Assembly (NCBI RefSeq): GCF_963921235.1
Contig: NC_086108.1
Coordinates: 114,144,001 to 114,208,000, forward strand
From: Mobula hypostoma
Lineage: Eukaryota
Length of the DNA: 64,000 nucleotides
Direction of reading: 5' to 3'
Shown here one piece after another: positions 26,075 through 38,974 of the stretch. Every line of letters begins with the position of its first letter. Within the stretch, counting starts at the first letter, position 1. The position numbers and the translations under genes are program-made. The notes under the pieces are model-generated. The model searched no databases. It had not been told where the DNA came from and worked only from the letters and a program-made list of their open reading frames with translations.

Positions 26075-27517
26075 GTTACAAATATAAAATACAATATAAT
26101 TGATTGCTTAAATATTTATCACCACTGGTTCAACCAATTGGTTTTAGAAGTCACATAATTAGGTAAATAGATATCTGTTTTTGGAGACCTGTGTGCAGTC
26201 AAGGTGTTTCAACTGATTGTAGTAAAAATACACCTGTATCTGAAAGGTTCAACAGCTGGTAAGTCAGTATCCTGGCAGAAACTACACCATGAAGACAAAA
26301 GAACACTCCAAATAACTCTGCGAAAAGGTTATTGAAAAGCACAAGTCAGGAGATGGATACAAGAAAATTTCCAAGTCACTGAATATTCCTTGCAGTACAG
26401 TTAAGTCAATCATTGAGAAATGGAAAGAATATTGCACAGCTGTAAGTCTGCCCGGAGAAGGCTGTCCTCAAAAACTGAGTGATCATGCAAGAATGTGACA
26501 AGCAAGGGAGGCCACCAAGAGACCTGTGACAACTCTGGAAGAGTTAGAAGCTTCAGTGGCTGAGATGAGAGAGACTGCACGTACAACAACTGTTCCCAGG
26601 TGTCTCACCAGTTGCAGCTTTATGGGAGAGTGGCAAAGAGAAAGCCACTGTTGAAAAAAAAAACACAAGAAATCTCATCTAGAGTTTGCCAGAAGGCATG
26701 TGGGAGGCTCTGAAGTCAGCTAGAAGAAGGTGCTATGGTCTGATGAAACCAAATTTGAGCTTTCTGGCCTTCAGACTAAACGCTATGCTTGGCACAAGGC
26801 AATCACTGCACATCATCAAAAGCACACCATCCCTACCGTGAAGCATGGATGTGGCTGCATCATGCTGTGGGGATGCTTCACTGCAGCAGGCCCTGGAAGG
26901 CTTGTGAGGGTAGAGGGTAAAATGAATGCAGCAAAATACAGGGAAATCCTGGAGGAAAACCTGATGCAGTCTGCAAGAGAACTGAAACTTGGAAGAAGAT
27001 TTGTTTTTCAGCAAGACGATGACCCTAAGCATAAAGCCAAAGCTACACAGGAATGGCTTAAAAACACAACAAAGTTAATTTCCTGGAGTGGCCAAGTCAG
27101 AGTCCAGACTCAATCCAATTGGGAATTTGTGGCTGGACTTGAAAAGGGCTGTTCACTCATGATTCCCGCATCTTACAGTTTGAGCAGTTATGTAATGAAG
27201 AATGGGGAAAAATTGCAGTGTCCAGATATGCAGAGCTGATAGAGACCTATCCACACAAACTTGAGGCTGTAATTATGACCAACGGTGCATCTACTGAATA
27301 CTGACTTGAAGGACTGTTAATACTTATGCAATCAATTATTTTGTGTTTAATATATGTATTTAATTTAGATCACTTCATAGAGATCTGTTTACACTTTGAC
27401 ACAAAAGAGTATTTTTCTGTTGATCAGTGTCAGAAAATGCCAAATTAAATCCAGTGTGATTCAATGTTGTAAAACAATAAAACATGAAAACTTCCAAGAG
27501 GAGGGGTGAATACTGTA
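26075..27517 (+). mobile_element. Tc1/mariner transposon, transposase pseudogene (~26289-27304)
   Basis: MKTKEHSK start; [37 protein letters not shown] (DD of DDE); multiple stops and frameshifts. Confidence 0.92.
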
Positions 27518-29907
27518 CGTCTTTGAACTGTGGGGGCAAACTGAAGCACCTTGAGGGAACTGACGTGCACTCAGGAAGGACGTACAAACTTTCTTACAGA
27601 GGATGCCAGAATTGAACTCCAAACTTCAATGCCTCAACCTTTAATAGCACTGCTCTAACTGCCGCGCAACCATGATGCCCCCATGACGTTGTGTACTGGC
27701 CTCACGTGATCACACCACTTACAAATATGTAACATTTTTAAAGGTTGAATTAAATGTTGGAGTATTCATCCAATGGTCCAGAACACATGCCTGTCCAACT
27801 CAAGGCATGCTTATTGCTGTCAGCTAGGCCAGTCTGCGCGTGCGCAGGTGCAATGAAAATCTGACATGCAGCAGCATTGCATGCGCACAGCAGCATTGCA
27901 TGCACGCAGCAGCATTGCATGCACGCAGCAGCAGATAAGCAGCATTCACAAGAAAAACAAAAATCGAACCTAAATTATACAAGAAAGAACATGAGTAGAG
28001 CCAACAAAGTTCATTTTTATTGGAAAGTGATTAAAGTGATCATTGTAGTTCTCCACTGGAACAGTGAATCCGAATTAAAATCAGGTTCAATGTTACTGAT
28101 GTTTAACATGATATTTGTTTTTGTCGCAGCAGTACAGTACAATATATAAGATCTTGTGACATGGGAGCAGAATTAGACCATTGAGTCTGTGCCAGCAACC
28201 TAACTTGGCTGAATTATTATCCCTCAATCTCCTGCCTTCTCCCATAATCTTTGACACCCTGACTACTCAAGAACCTATCAACCTCCGATGTGAATATACC
28301 CAATGACTTGGCTTCCACAGCTGCCTGTGGCAATGAATTCCACTGATTCATTACCCTTTGGCTAAAGAAATTCCTCCTCATCTGGGTTCTAAATGGATGT
28401 CCCTCTATTCTGAGTCTGTGCCCTCTGGTCCTAAACTCATCCAATGATGACATGTACGATACGTGTTCAATTCCCACCACAGTCTGGAAGGAGTTTGTAC
28501 GTTTTCCCCGTGATGGCAATATCCAGGATATAAGGGTTAGAAGCTGAGTGATAGAATCTGGCAGTAGCCTACAAACTATGGTTAGTATGTTAATTAGTCA
28601 CATGGATGTAAATGGCGAGCCTGGGAAGGACCTGTTACCGTACTGTATCTCTAAATTAAAAACAATATATTTGAGTGATGATCAGGAAGATTGAGAAGGG
28701 CACAGTGGTAGATGTTGTCTACATGGACTTTAGCCAGGCCTTTGACAAGGTCTCACGTGATAGGCTGTTGTGGGAGGTGCGATCACATGGGAACTCAGGT
28801 GAGTTCGACAATTGGATACAAGTTTGGCTTGGTGGGAGGATTCAGATCCAGATACAAATTTATATCACATGTACATCAAAACGTACACAGTGAAGTGTGT
28901 TGCTTGTATTAACAACCAACACAATTGAACAATGTGCTGTAAGAGGACAATACTGGGGAGCACAGACAAAATGCTGGGGGAACTCAGCAGGTCAGGCAGC
29001 ATCTATGGAAAAAAAGTACAGGCGATGTTTCAGGCCGAGGCCTTCGGCAGGGCTGGTTAAATGACATTTGCTTTGACCTGCCTTGGTTTTCGCTCGCCGC
29101 ATACGGGCACTCGGGCAGCAGAACACTGATCTGGGTGTTGGGTAACGAACCGCTGTAACTGAGGAGGAGCCCAGGTCAGTCCGAGTCAGTGAGGGACCAA
29201 GTCCGTGGTTGTTCACAACTGGAGTACGGAGTGGGGGAAGGGAGGGAGAGGGGGTGGGGGAGTGACAGGAGAGAGGAGGGAGTGAGAGGGAGGAAAGGAG
29301 GAGGAGGAGTGGAGCAGGAGTTAGAGAGGCAGGGAGAGAGGGTGAGAGAGGTTGAGCGAGCTAGGGCTGTTCTCTTTTGAGTGAAGGAGGATGAGAGGTG
29401 ATTGGATAGAGATGTACAAGATGATACGAGGCATAGATTGAACGGATCGTTGGAGACGTTTTCCCAGGGTGGAAATGGCTAATCAAAGGGAGTCTAATTT
29501 TAAGGTGATTGAGGAACATATAAGGGGGATGTCTGAGGAACTTTTTTTTACACAGAGAATGGTGGGTGTGTGGAACGCTCTGCCAGGGGCAGTGGTAGAG
29601 GCAGATACAATAGACAATAGACAATAGGTGCAGGAGTAGGCCATTCGGCCCTTTGAGCCAGCACTGCCATTCACTGTGATCATGGCTGATCATCCACAAT
29701 CAGTATCCATTTCCTGCCTTATCCCCATAACCTTTGATTCCACTATCTTTAAGAGCTCTATCCATCTCTTTCTTGAAAGCATCCAGAGACTTGGCCTCCA
29801 CAGCCTTCTGGGGCAGAGCATTCCATAAATCCACCACTCTCTGGGTGACACACATAAAAGTTGCTGGTGAACGCAGCAGGCCAGGCAGCATCTCTAGGAA
29901 GAGGTGC

Positions 29908-29943
29908 AGTGGACGTTTCAGGCCGAGACCCTTCGTCAGGACT
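29908..29943 (-). ncRNA. Minimal type I hammerhead ribozyme motif (one stem I mismatch)
   Basis: AGTC-CTGACGA-AGG gtctcgg CCT-GAAAC-GTC-CACT. Confidence 0.8.
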
Positions 29944-30510
29944 AACTGAAGGAAGAGTGAGTAAGGGATTTGAAAGGGGGAGGGGGAGATCCAAAATGAT
30001 AGGAGAAGACAGGAGGGGGAGGGTTGGAGCCAAGAGCTGGACAGGTGATAGGCAAAAGGGATATGAGAGGATCATGGGACAGGAGGTCCGGGAAGAAAGA
30101 CGGGGGGGGACCCAGAGGATGGGCAAGGGGTATATTCAGAGGGACAGAGGGAGAAAAAGGAGAGTGAGAGAAAGAATGTGTGTATAAAAATAAGTAACAG
30201 ATGGGGTACGAGGGGGAGGTGGGGCATTAGCGGAAGTTAGAGAAGTCGATGTTCATGCCATCAGGTTGGAGGCTACCCAGACGAAATATAAGGTGTTGTT
30301 CCTCCAACCTGAGTGTGGCTTCATCTTTACAGTAGAGGAGGCCGTGGATAGACATGTCAGAATGGGAATGGGATGTGGAATTAAAATGTGTGGCCACTGG
30401 GAGATCCTGCTTTCTCTGGCAGACAGAGCGTAGGTGTTCAACAAAGCGGTCTCCCAGTCTGCGTCGGGTCTCGCCAATATATAAAAGGCAACATCGGGAG
30501 CACCGGACGC

Positions 30511-31747
30511 AGTCCTTACTCTTAATAATTTCTCCTTTGGCTCCTCCCACTTCCTCCAAACTAAAGGTGTAGCTATGGGCACCCGTATGGGTCCTAGCTA
30601 TGCCTGCCTTTTTGTTGGCTTTGTGGAACAATCTATGTTCCGTGCCTATTCTGGTATCTGTCCCCCACTTTTCCTTCGCTACATCGACGACTGCATTGGC
30701 GCTGCTTCCTGCACGCATGCTGAGCTCGTTGACTTTATTAACTTTGTCTCCAACTTTCACCCTGCCCTCAAGTTTACCTGGTCCATTTCCGACACCTCCC
30801 TCCCCTTTCTAGATCTTTCTGTCTCTGTCTCTGGAGACAGCTTATCCACTGATGTCTACTATAAGCCTACTGACTCTCACAGTTATCTGGACTATTCCTC
30901 TTCTCACCCTGTCTCTTGCAAAAACGCCATCCCCTTCTCGCAATTCCTCCGTCTCTGCCGCATCTGCTCTCAGGATGAGGCTTTTCATTCTAGGACGACG
31001 GAGATGTCTTCCTTTTTTAAAGAAAGGGGCTTCCCTTCCTCCACTATCAACTCTGCTCTTAAACGCATCTCCCTCATTTCACGTACATCTGCTCTCACTC
31101 CATCCTCCCGCCACCCCACTAGGAATAGGGTTCCCCTGGTCCTCACCTACCACCCCACCAGCCTCCGGGTCCAACATATTATTCTCCGTAACTTCCGCCA
31201 CCTCCAACGGGATCCCACCACTAAGCACATCTTTCCCTCCCCCCGTCTCTCTGCATTCCGCAGGGATCGCTCCCTACACAACTCCCTTGTCCATTCGTTC
31301 CCCTCATCCCTCCCCACTGATCTCCCTCCTGGCACTTATCCGTGTAAGCGGAACAAGTGCTACACATGCCCTTACACTTCCTCCCTTACCACCATTCAGG
31401 GCCCCAAACAGTCCTTCCAGGTGAGGTAACACTTCACCTATGAGTCGGCTGGGGTGATATACTGCGTCCGGTGCTCCCGATGTGGCCTTTTATATATTGG
31501 CGAGACCCGACGCAGACTGGGAGACTGCTTTGCTGAACACCTACGCTCTGTCCACCAGAGAAAGCAGGATCTCCCAGTGGCCACACATTTTAATTCCACA
31601 TCCCATTCTCATTCTGACATGTCTATCCACGGCCTCCTCTACTGTAAAGATGAAGCCACACTCAGGTTGGAGGAACAACACCTTATATTCCGTCTGGGTA
31701 GCCTCCAACCTGATGGCATGAACATCGACTTCTCTAACTTCCGCTAA
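30511..31747 (+). pseudogene. PLE reverse transcriptase plus GIY-YIG endonuclease, 5'-truncated, single in-frame TAA at 31427-31429
   Basis: GVAMGTRMGPSYA, RYIDD, LPFLDL, VYYKPT, C..NKCYTC, VIYCVRC.RCGLLYIGET. ORFs 30575-31429 and 31454-31747 are in the same frame. Confidence 0.93.
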
Positions 31748-32035
31748 TGCCCCACCTCCCCCTCGTACCCCATCTGTTACTTATCTTTATACACACATTC
31801 TTTCTCTCACTCTCCTTTTTCTCCCTCTGTCCCTCTGAATATACCCCTTGCCCATCCTCTGGGTACCCCCCCCTGTCTTTCTTCCCGGACCTCCTGTCCC
31901 ATGATTTTCTCGTATCCCTTTTGCCTATCACCTGTCCAGCTCTTGGCTCCATCCCTCCCCCTCTTGTCTTCTATCATTTTGGATCTCCCCCTCCCCCTCC
32001 AACTTTCAAATCTCTTACTCACTCTTCCTTCAGTT

Positions 32036-32071
32036 AGTCCTGACGAAGGGTCTCGGCCTGAAATGTCGACT
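32036..32071 (+). ncRNA. Minimal type I hammerhead ribozyme motif (C-to-T in stem III)
   Basis: AGTC-CTGACGA-AGG gtctcgg CCT-GAAAT-GTC-GACT. Confidence 0.75.
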
Positions 32072-35000
32072 ACACCTCTTCCTAGAGATGCTGCCTGGCC
32101 TGCTGCGTTCACCAGCAACTTTGATGTGTGTTGCTTGAATTTCCAGCATCTGCAGAATTCCTGTTGTTTGCGTTTTTAAACTCTCTGGGTGAAAAGGTTT
32201 TCCTCAACTCCGTTCTAAATGGCCTACCCCTTATTCTTAAACTGTGGCCTTTGGTTCTGGACTCATCCATCAGCAGGAACATTCTTCCTGCCTCCAGCGT
32301 GTCCAATCCCTTAATAATCTTATATGTTTCAATAAGATCCCCTCTCAGCCTTCTAAATTCCAGAGTATGCAAGCCCAGTCGCTCCAGTCTTTCGACATAT
32401 GACAGTCCTGCCATCCCGGGAATTAACCTTGTGAACCTACGCTGCACTCCCTCAATAGCAAGAATGTCCTTCCTCAAATTTGGAGACCAAAACTGCACAC
32501 AGTACTCCAGGTGTGGTCTCACCAGGGCCCTGTACAGCTGCAGAAGGACCTCTTTGCTCTTATACTCAATTCCCCTTGGTATGAAGGTCAACATGCCATT
32601 AGCTTTCTTCACTGCCTGCTGTACTTGCATGCTTGCTTTCAGTGACTGATGTACAAGAACACCTAGATCTCGTTGTACTTCCCCTTTTCCTAACTTGACT
32701 CCATTTAGATAATAATTTGCCTTCCCATTCTTACCACCAAAGTGGATAACCTCACATTTATCCACATTAAACTGCATCTGCCCACTCATCCAGCCTGTCC
32801 AAGTCACCCTGCATTCTCATAACATCCTCCTCACATTTCACACTGTCACCCAGCTTTTTGTCATCGGCAAATTACTAACGTAACTTTTAATTTCCTCATC
32901 TAAATTATTAATGTATATTGTAAATAGCTGCCGTCCCAGCACTGAACCCTGCAGTACCCCACAGGTCACCGCCTGCCATTCCGAAAGGGACCCGTTAATC
33001 GCTACTCTTTATTTTCTGTCAGCCAGCCAATTTTCAATCCGTGTCAGTACTCTGCTCCCAATACCATGTGCCCTAATTTTGCCCACTAATCTCCTATGTG
33101 GGACTTTATCAAAGGCTTCCTGAAAGTCCAGGTACACTACATCCACTGGCTCTCCCTTTGACATTTTCATAGTAACATCCTCAAAAAATTCCAGAAGATT
33201 AGTCAAGCATGATTTCCCCTTCGTAAATACATGCTGACTTGGACCGATCCTGTTACTGCTATCCAGATGTGTCGTAATTTCATCTTTTATAATTGACTCC
33301 AGCATCTTTCCCACCACTGACGTCAGGCTAACTGGTCTATAATTCCCTGTTTTCTCTCTCCCTCCCTTCTTGAAGAGAGGGACAACATTAGCCACCCTCC
33401 AATCCACAGGAACTGATCCTGAATCTATAGAACATTGAAAAATGATTACCAATGCGTCCACGATTTCTAAAGCCACTTCCTTAAGTACCCTGGAATGCAG
33501 ACCATCAGGCCCTGGGGACTTATCAGCCTTCAGACCCAACAGTCTATCCAACACCATTTCCTGCCTAATATAAATTTCCTTCAGTTCATCCATTACCCTA
33601 GGTCCTTTGGCCACTATTATATCTGGGAGAATGTTTGTGTCTTCCCTAGTGAAGACAGATCCAAAGCACCTGTTCAACTTGTCTGCCATTTCCTAGTTCC
33701 CCATAATAAATTCACTGGCTTCTGTCTTCAAGGGCCCAATTTTGGTCTTAACTATTTTTTTCCTTTTCACATATCTAAAGAAGCTTTTACTATTGTCCTT
33801 TATATTCTTGGCTAGTTTACCTTCGTACCTCATTTTTTCTCCGCATATTGCCTTTTTAGTTACCTTCCATTGCTCTTTAAAAGTTTCCCAATCCTCCGGC
33901 TTTCCACTCGTCTTTGCTATGTTATACTTCTTCTCTTTTATTTTTATACTGTCCATTACTTCCCTTGTCAACCACGGCCTCCCTTTACTCCCCTTAGGAT
34001 CTTTCTTCCTCTTCGGAATGAACTGATCCTGCACCTTCCGCATTATTCCCAGAAACACTTGCCATTGTTGTTCCACTGTCATCCCTGCTAGGGTATTGTT
34101 CCGTTGAACTTTGGCCAGCTCCTCCCTGATAGCACCATAGTCCCCTTTGTTCAACTGCAATACTGACACTTCCAAGTTTCCCTTCTCCCTCTCAAATTGT
34201 AGATTAAAACTTTTCATATTATGGTCACTACCTCCTAATGGCTCCTTTACCTCGAGGTCCCTGATCAAATCCGGTTCATTGCACAACACTAAATCTGGAA
34301 TTGCGTTCTCTCTGGTAGGCTCCAGTACAAGCTGTTCTAAGAATCCATCTCGGGGGGACTCCACAAACTCCCTTTCTTGGGGTCCAGTACCAACCTGATT
34401 CCTCCAGTCTACCTGCATGTTGAAATCCCCCATAACAACTGTAGCTTTACCTTTGCGATATGCCAATTTTAACTCTTGATTCAACTTACACCCTACATCC
34501 CAGACTACTGTTTGGGGGCCTGTAGATAACTCCCATTAGGGTCTTTCTACCCTTGGAATTGCTCAGTTCTATCCATACTGACTCTACGTCTCCTGATTCT
34601 ATGTCCCCTCTCACAAGGGACTGAATATCATTCCTCACCAACAGCGCTGTCCCACCCACTCTGCCCATCAGTCTGTCCTTTCGATAGGACGTATACCCAT
34701 AGATCAGGGACATTTAAGAACCTCTTATATAAGCACATGAATGAAAGAAAAATGGTATGAAAGAAGGGTTAGATTGATCTTGGGGTAGGTTAAGAAGTTG
34801 CCACAACATCATGGGTTGAACAGCCTGTTCTGTGCTCTTAAAACTCTCAGCAGGCCAGGCAGCATCTGATGACCTACAAAGCTATGAGAGGCAAAGTTAG
34901 TGTAGACAGCCAGATCAAGATATAGTGAAAAACCTGTCTTGTACATTGTTCATTATTTTTTTTCTTCTACACTATGTATTGCATTGAACTGCTGCTGCTA

Positions 35001-36214
35001 GGTTAAGACATTTCATGACACATGCCTGATAAACCTGATTCTGATTCACGTGTTAAATACTGGAGGTGGTAGCTGTCAGGTGAGAGGGGGATAGTTTAAA
35101 GGAGATGTGTACGGGGCATTTCAACACAGAGAGTGATGGGTGCCTGAAATGAGTTGCCACGGGTAGTGGTGTACGTAGACTTGAAAGTTTGGATTAGATT
35201 CAACTTTATTGTCATTGTGCCGAGTACAGATACAAAGCCAATGAAATGCAGTTAGCATCTGACCAGAAATGCAAAGAATAGTGTTATTTACAAAATAACT
35301 GCGAATAAAAAGTAAGTGCTACAGCACACAAATATAAAAGTACTGAGACAGTACAATATGGGTGCTTTTGGACAGACATATAAACAGGAAGGTAATGGAG
35401 TACACTGTCTCCGTGCAGACAGATGGGATTGCATCACAGGAAGGTAATGGAGGAAGGTAATAAACAGGAAGGTAATGGAGGAAGGTAATGAACAGGAAGG
35501 TAATGGAGTACACTATGTGCAGACAGATGGGATTGCATCAGTCAACACTGATATGATGGGCCAAAGGGTCTCCTCCTGTTCTATATACTGAGCATGGACT
35601 TTATTTCACAGAGCGTGGTTGGAATCTGGAACACAGTGCCTGCAGGACTGTGACCACAAGACAGGAGCTGAATGAGGCCATTTAGCCCATCAAGTCTTCT
35701 TCTTCATTCCATCATTGCTGATTTATTTTCCCTCTCAACCCCATTCTTCTGCCTTCTCCCCAGAACCTTTGATGCCCTGACTAATCAAGAACCTATCAAC
35801 CTCCACTTTAAATATACCCAATGACTTGGCCTCCACAGTCGACTGTGGCAATGAATTCCACAGATTCACCATCCTCTGGTTAAAGAAATTCCTCCTCATC
35901 TCTGTTCTAAATGGACATCCCTCTATTCTGAGTCTGTGGCCTCTAGTCCTGGGCTCCTCCACTATAGGAAACCTACTCTGGACCTTCTCCTCTGCCTGCA
36001 CATCGATGGCAAATTGCCTACTTCTTTTAGGCAGCTGAAGAGCAGGAGCTGGAGGGTGGAAATGGAAGAGGAATATTACATGTATGTATTTTGGACCTTG
36101 TCAAAAGTCCTGCTAAGTTGATGAAACTTGCCGTGTGCATGGTCCATGCAGATTAATTTATTACACACAGTAGTAGTGTGATCACTCAAGTTGGGTATGA
36201 TATTCTCCATAAGA

Positions 36215-36478
36215 GGTTGTCTATTAGTGGGTCCCGACGTGGCGTGGAATGCAAGATGACTGGGAACCCCCCAGTGCTGCAACCTCCCCTGCAGTTGTGA
36301 TGTGTCATCATCTCCTGCCAACTCCACCAGTGAGGTCTTGGTTGGATCGCTCTTCGTCTGGAAGCATCCCCTTCTCCTGACCACCCTGGGTGACCCTACC
36401 AGGAGCCAAGCTCCAGAAAGCATTGCTCTTGGGGTCTCAGGAACTCACTAGCCTCTCCAGTTTGACAAGGTGGTGATC
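36215..36478 (-). mobile_element. RTE (Rex3/Expander/BovB-like) 5'UTR-derived fragment
   Basis: Minus strand ccaccttgtc...ggagaggct.gtgagttcctgaga...gagcaatg...ctcctggtagggtcaccca resembles RTE 5' leaders. Confidence 0.55.
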
Positions 36479-37189
36479 CTCAGTACACAGTGCATCGGGG
36501 TAGGACAAGGTGAACAGTAAGAGCATGCTGAATAACTGTAAGTGTTACATTTACAGGGAGAGTACAGTGCAGGCAGACAATAAGGTGCAAGGTAGTAATG
36601 AGGTAGATTGTGAGGTCAAGAGACCATCTTATCATTCTAGGGGACCACTCAATAATTTGTAACAGTGGGCTAGAAGATGTCCTTGAACCCGGTGGTACGC
36701 GCTTTCAGGCTTTCTGTCCAATGGGAGAAGAGAGAATGCCCAGGGTAGACACAGTCTTTGATTGTGTTGGTAGCTTTCCTGAGGCAGTGAGAAGCATAGA
36801 CAGATAGATTGTGAGATCAACAACATTGTCGTTGGAACCTCAGTTACAGCAACACACACAGAATGCTGGAGGAACTCAGCAGGTCAGGCAGCTTCTACCG
36901 AATTGTACAGACTTTCCCCTCCTTCACCCCCCCCCCCGCTGTGTTTCTGTGTGTGTGGCTTTCACTGTTGGAGGGCGAAGTAGCCTTCTTATCCTGTTTC
37001 GGGTACACAGCCTACACCAAGACAAGAGAGGAAGGGGGGCAGAAGCCAGAGTAGAAGATGGGGGGGGGGGGGAGTATAAGCTAGAAGACGATAAGTGAGA
37101 CCAGGTAATAGGGAAAAGGTCAAGGTGAAGGAAACTGGTAAGAGGGGAGGGTGGATGTGGGAGAAGGAGGGTTCTGTTAGAGAGCCAGC

Positions 37190-38230
37190 CGGGACATGAT
37201 GGGCGGAACGGCCTCCCTCTGTGCTGTAGACCAATGAAAGATCTCCGACTGTAACTCCCCCACAGAGGCTGGCCGACCCGCTGTGTGTTTTTGCAGCACC
37301 GATTCCCCGCGCCGGTTTCTCCACATCGCGGTGTGGACTCTCGGCGGTTCGGTGCCCGGGGGAGCGGCAGCAGGAGCGCGGTTCACTCGGCAGGTCCGGG
37401 GCAGCGCCCTGCACTCCCGGCTTCCTTCTCCAGCCCCCCAAGTTTGTTCGGCGGCGAGACGCCTAACGGTGGGGCTGCAGGAGCGATGGCGACGGCGACG
37501 GCGCTCGCCTGCCTGCCAGCCGCCAGCCGGCCGGCCCCTTTGTGTGGCTCGCAGACCCAACACTGATGCCGGGAGAGCTCTCAGATCGCACAGGCTGACT
37601 GGCGAGAAGATGCAGTGACGCTGGCAGGCAGAGGCAGAGGCAGCGGCAGCGAGGGAGAGAGAGGCCACCGTGTCGGTCCTCAGGCCGGGAGAATGGCACG
37701 GAAGGAGATAACGGCGTCTGTGTTCGGTAGGAGAACGGTTACCGACTCTCTTGTTTATCTGTGTCTCCGGGATGTTTTGTGGGCTCAAACGGGGGTGGAC
37801 GGAGCGCATTCTCTGTCTGTAACGGTACAGACTTTCCCCACTCGCCTTCACCGCCCCCACGTTTCCATCTTGCCCCCCGCCCCCGCTGTGTTTTTGTGTG
37901 TAGTGGCTTTCGTTGTGGAAGCGGTCGGAGGGCGATGTGGCCGGAGAAGAAAGAGCCCCCTTATCCCTCCTCTCCCCTCCCCGCGGAGGAAACTCGCGAG
38001 GTAAACAAGGAACTTCATCCATTTGCAGAGTGCAGACGACACCCCCCCGCCTCGCCGCTGGGCTCTCTCCGGGGACCGGTGAAGTTGGGTCTCTGTTCCC
38101 GCTGTGGAGTGATCTTGGCCGTGCCAACTTGCTCCCCGGCTGGAGGTCGGGCAACTGTTGTTGAGAGAAGTGGGCTGAACGAACCCGATTATTCCCAAGC
38201 GTTACCTCCTCTTTCAGGATCCGGCTTAAT
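37190..38230 (+). promoter_or_regulatory. CpG island / probable promoter and first exon of an unidentified host gene
   Basis: Abrupt CpG-rich, repeat-free ~1 kb block in a CpG-depleted window; GGGCGG at 37201, CCAAT at 37231; purine-rich 5'UTR-like tract gcagcggcagcgagggagagagagg. Confidence 0.75.
37693..37726 (+). CDS. Possible first coding exon portion (MARKEITASVF plus 1 nt), gene unidentified
   Basis: Strong Kozak context agaATGG; donor-like TCG|GTAGGA at 37726/37727. The frame stays open to an alternative donor GAG|GTAAAC at 38000/38001. Confidence 0.3.
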
Positions 38231-38974
38231 GTCAGTGGCACCTGTGTGAAATTCGGAGTTTTACTGCAGTAGTACATTATAATACATAAAAATATAAATT
38301 ACAAGAAGTATAAATAAAAAATAAATTAAATAAGTAGTGTTATAAGAGAGGAAATAGTGAGGTAGTGTTCATGGGTTCATTGTCCATTCAGAAATCTGGT
38401 GGCAACTGGGAAGAAGCTGTTCCTGAAACGTTGAGTCTCTGTCTTCATGTAGTAACGAGAAGAGGGCATGTCCTGGGTGATGAGGGCCCTTTAATTCTCT
38501 CATTGTTGGTTCCAGGGGCTTTCTTCTCTGATCATCCCATCCTGTTGTGAGGTAGAATTACTCGGTGAGACACTATCTCCAATCGAGGGTGAGGTAGTTC
38601 AGTGTAGGAATGTCAAGAGGACACGGCTACAGTTCTCTTTCCCAGCCCCTGGGGTGGAAAAAAAACTTATCTCTGACATCCCCCATATAATTTCGTCCAA
38701 TTATCTCAAGATTGTGCCCACTCGTGTTAGCCATCTCTGCCTCAGGAAAAAGTCTCTGGCTATCCACATGATTGATGCCTCTCACCACTTCTATCATGTC
38801 ACCTCTTGACCTCTTTCACGCCAGAGAGAAAAGCCCTAGCTCACTCAACCTATCCTCATAAGACATGCTCTTTGACCCAGGCAGCATCCTGGTCAATCTC
38901 CTCTGCACCCTCTCCACATCCTTCCAAAAAGGAGGTGAGCGGAACTGAACACAATGTTACGAGAGATGTTAGAA

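Larger units (their letters stand above)
29849..32179 (+). mobile_element. Young Penelope-like element: inverted 3' copy (29849-~30510), 5'-truncated RT/GIY-YIG ORF, 3' pseudo-LTR
   Basis: 13-bp TSD actctctgggtga at 29836-29848 and 32180-32192; long inverted arms; hammerhead motif in each arm. Confidence 0.95.
29608..34700 (-). mobile_element. 5'-truncated CR1 LINE (endonuclease and RT), interrupted by a PLE and itself inserted in another CR1 3' fragment (~29362-29607 and ~34705-34840)
   Basis: ORFs 34486-34713, 33693-34484, 33009-33689 and 32109-32807 are consecutive CR1 ORF2 segments; (CTATTGT)n tail at 29608-29628. Confidence 0.93.

Noticed and set aside
30511..31747. Prokaryotic RT system (retron, group II intron) or telomerase
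   Set aside because: RT fused to a C-terminal GIY-YIG with pLTRs and a TSD is diagnostic of a Penelope-like element.
36380..36478. HDV-like ribozyme in the RTE-type leader
   Set aside because: I could not assign the P1/P1.1/P2/P3 nested pseudoknot or the catalytic J4/2 C by eye; left uncalled.
37177..38277. 366-aa minus-strand ORF and overlapping ORFs in the CpG island
   Set aside because: Low-complexity Arg/Pro/Ala/Gly-rich translations expected from GC-rich, stop-poor DNA; no recognisable domain.
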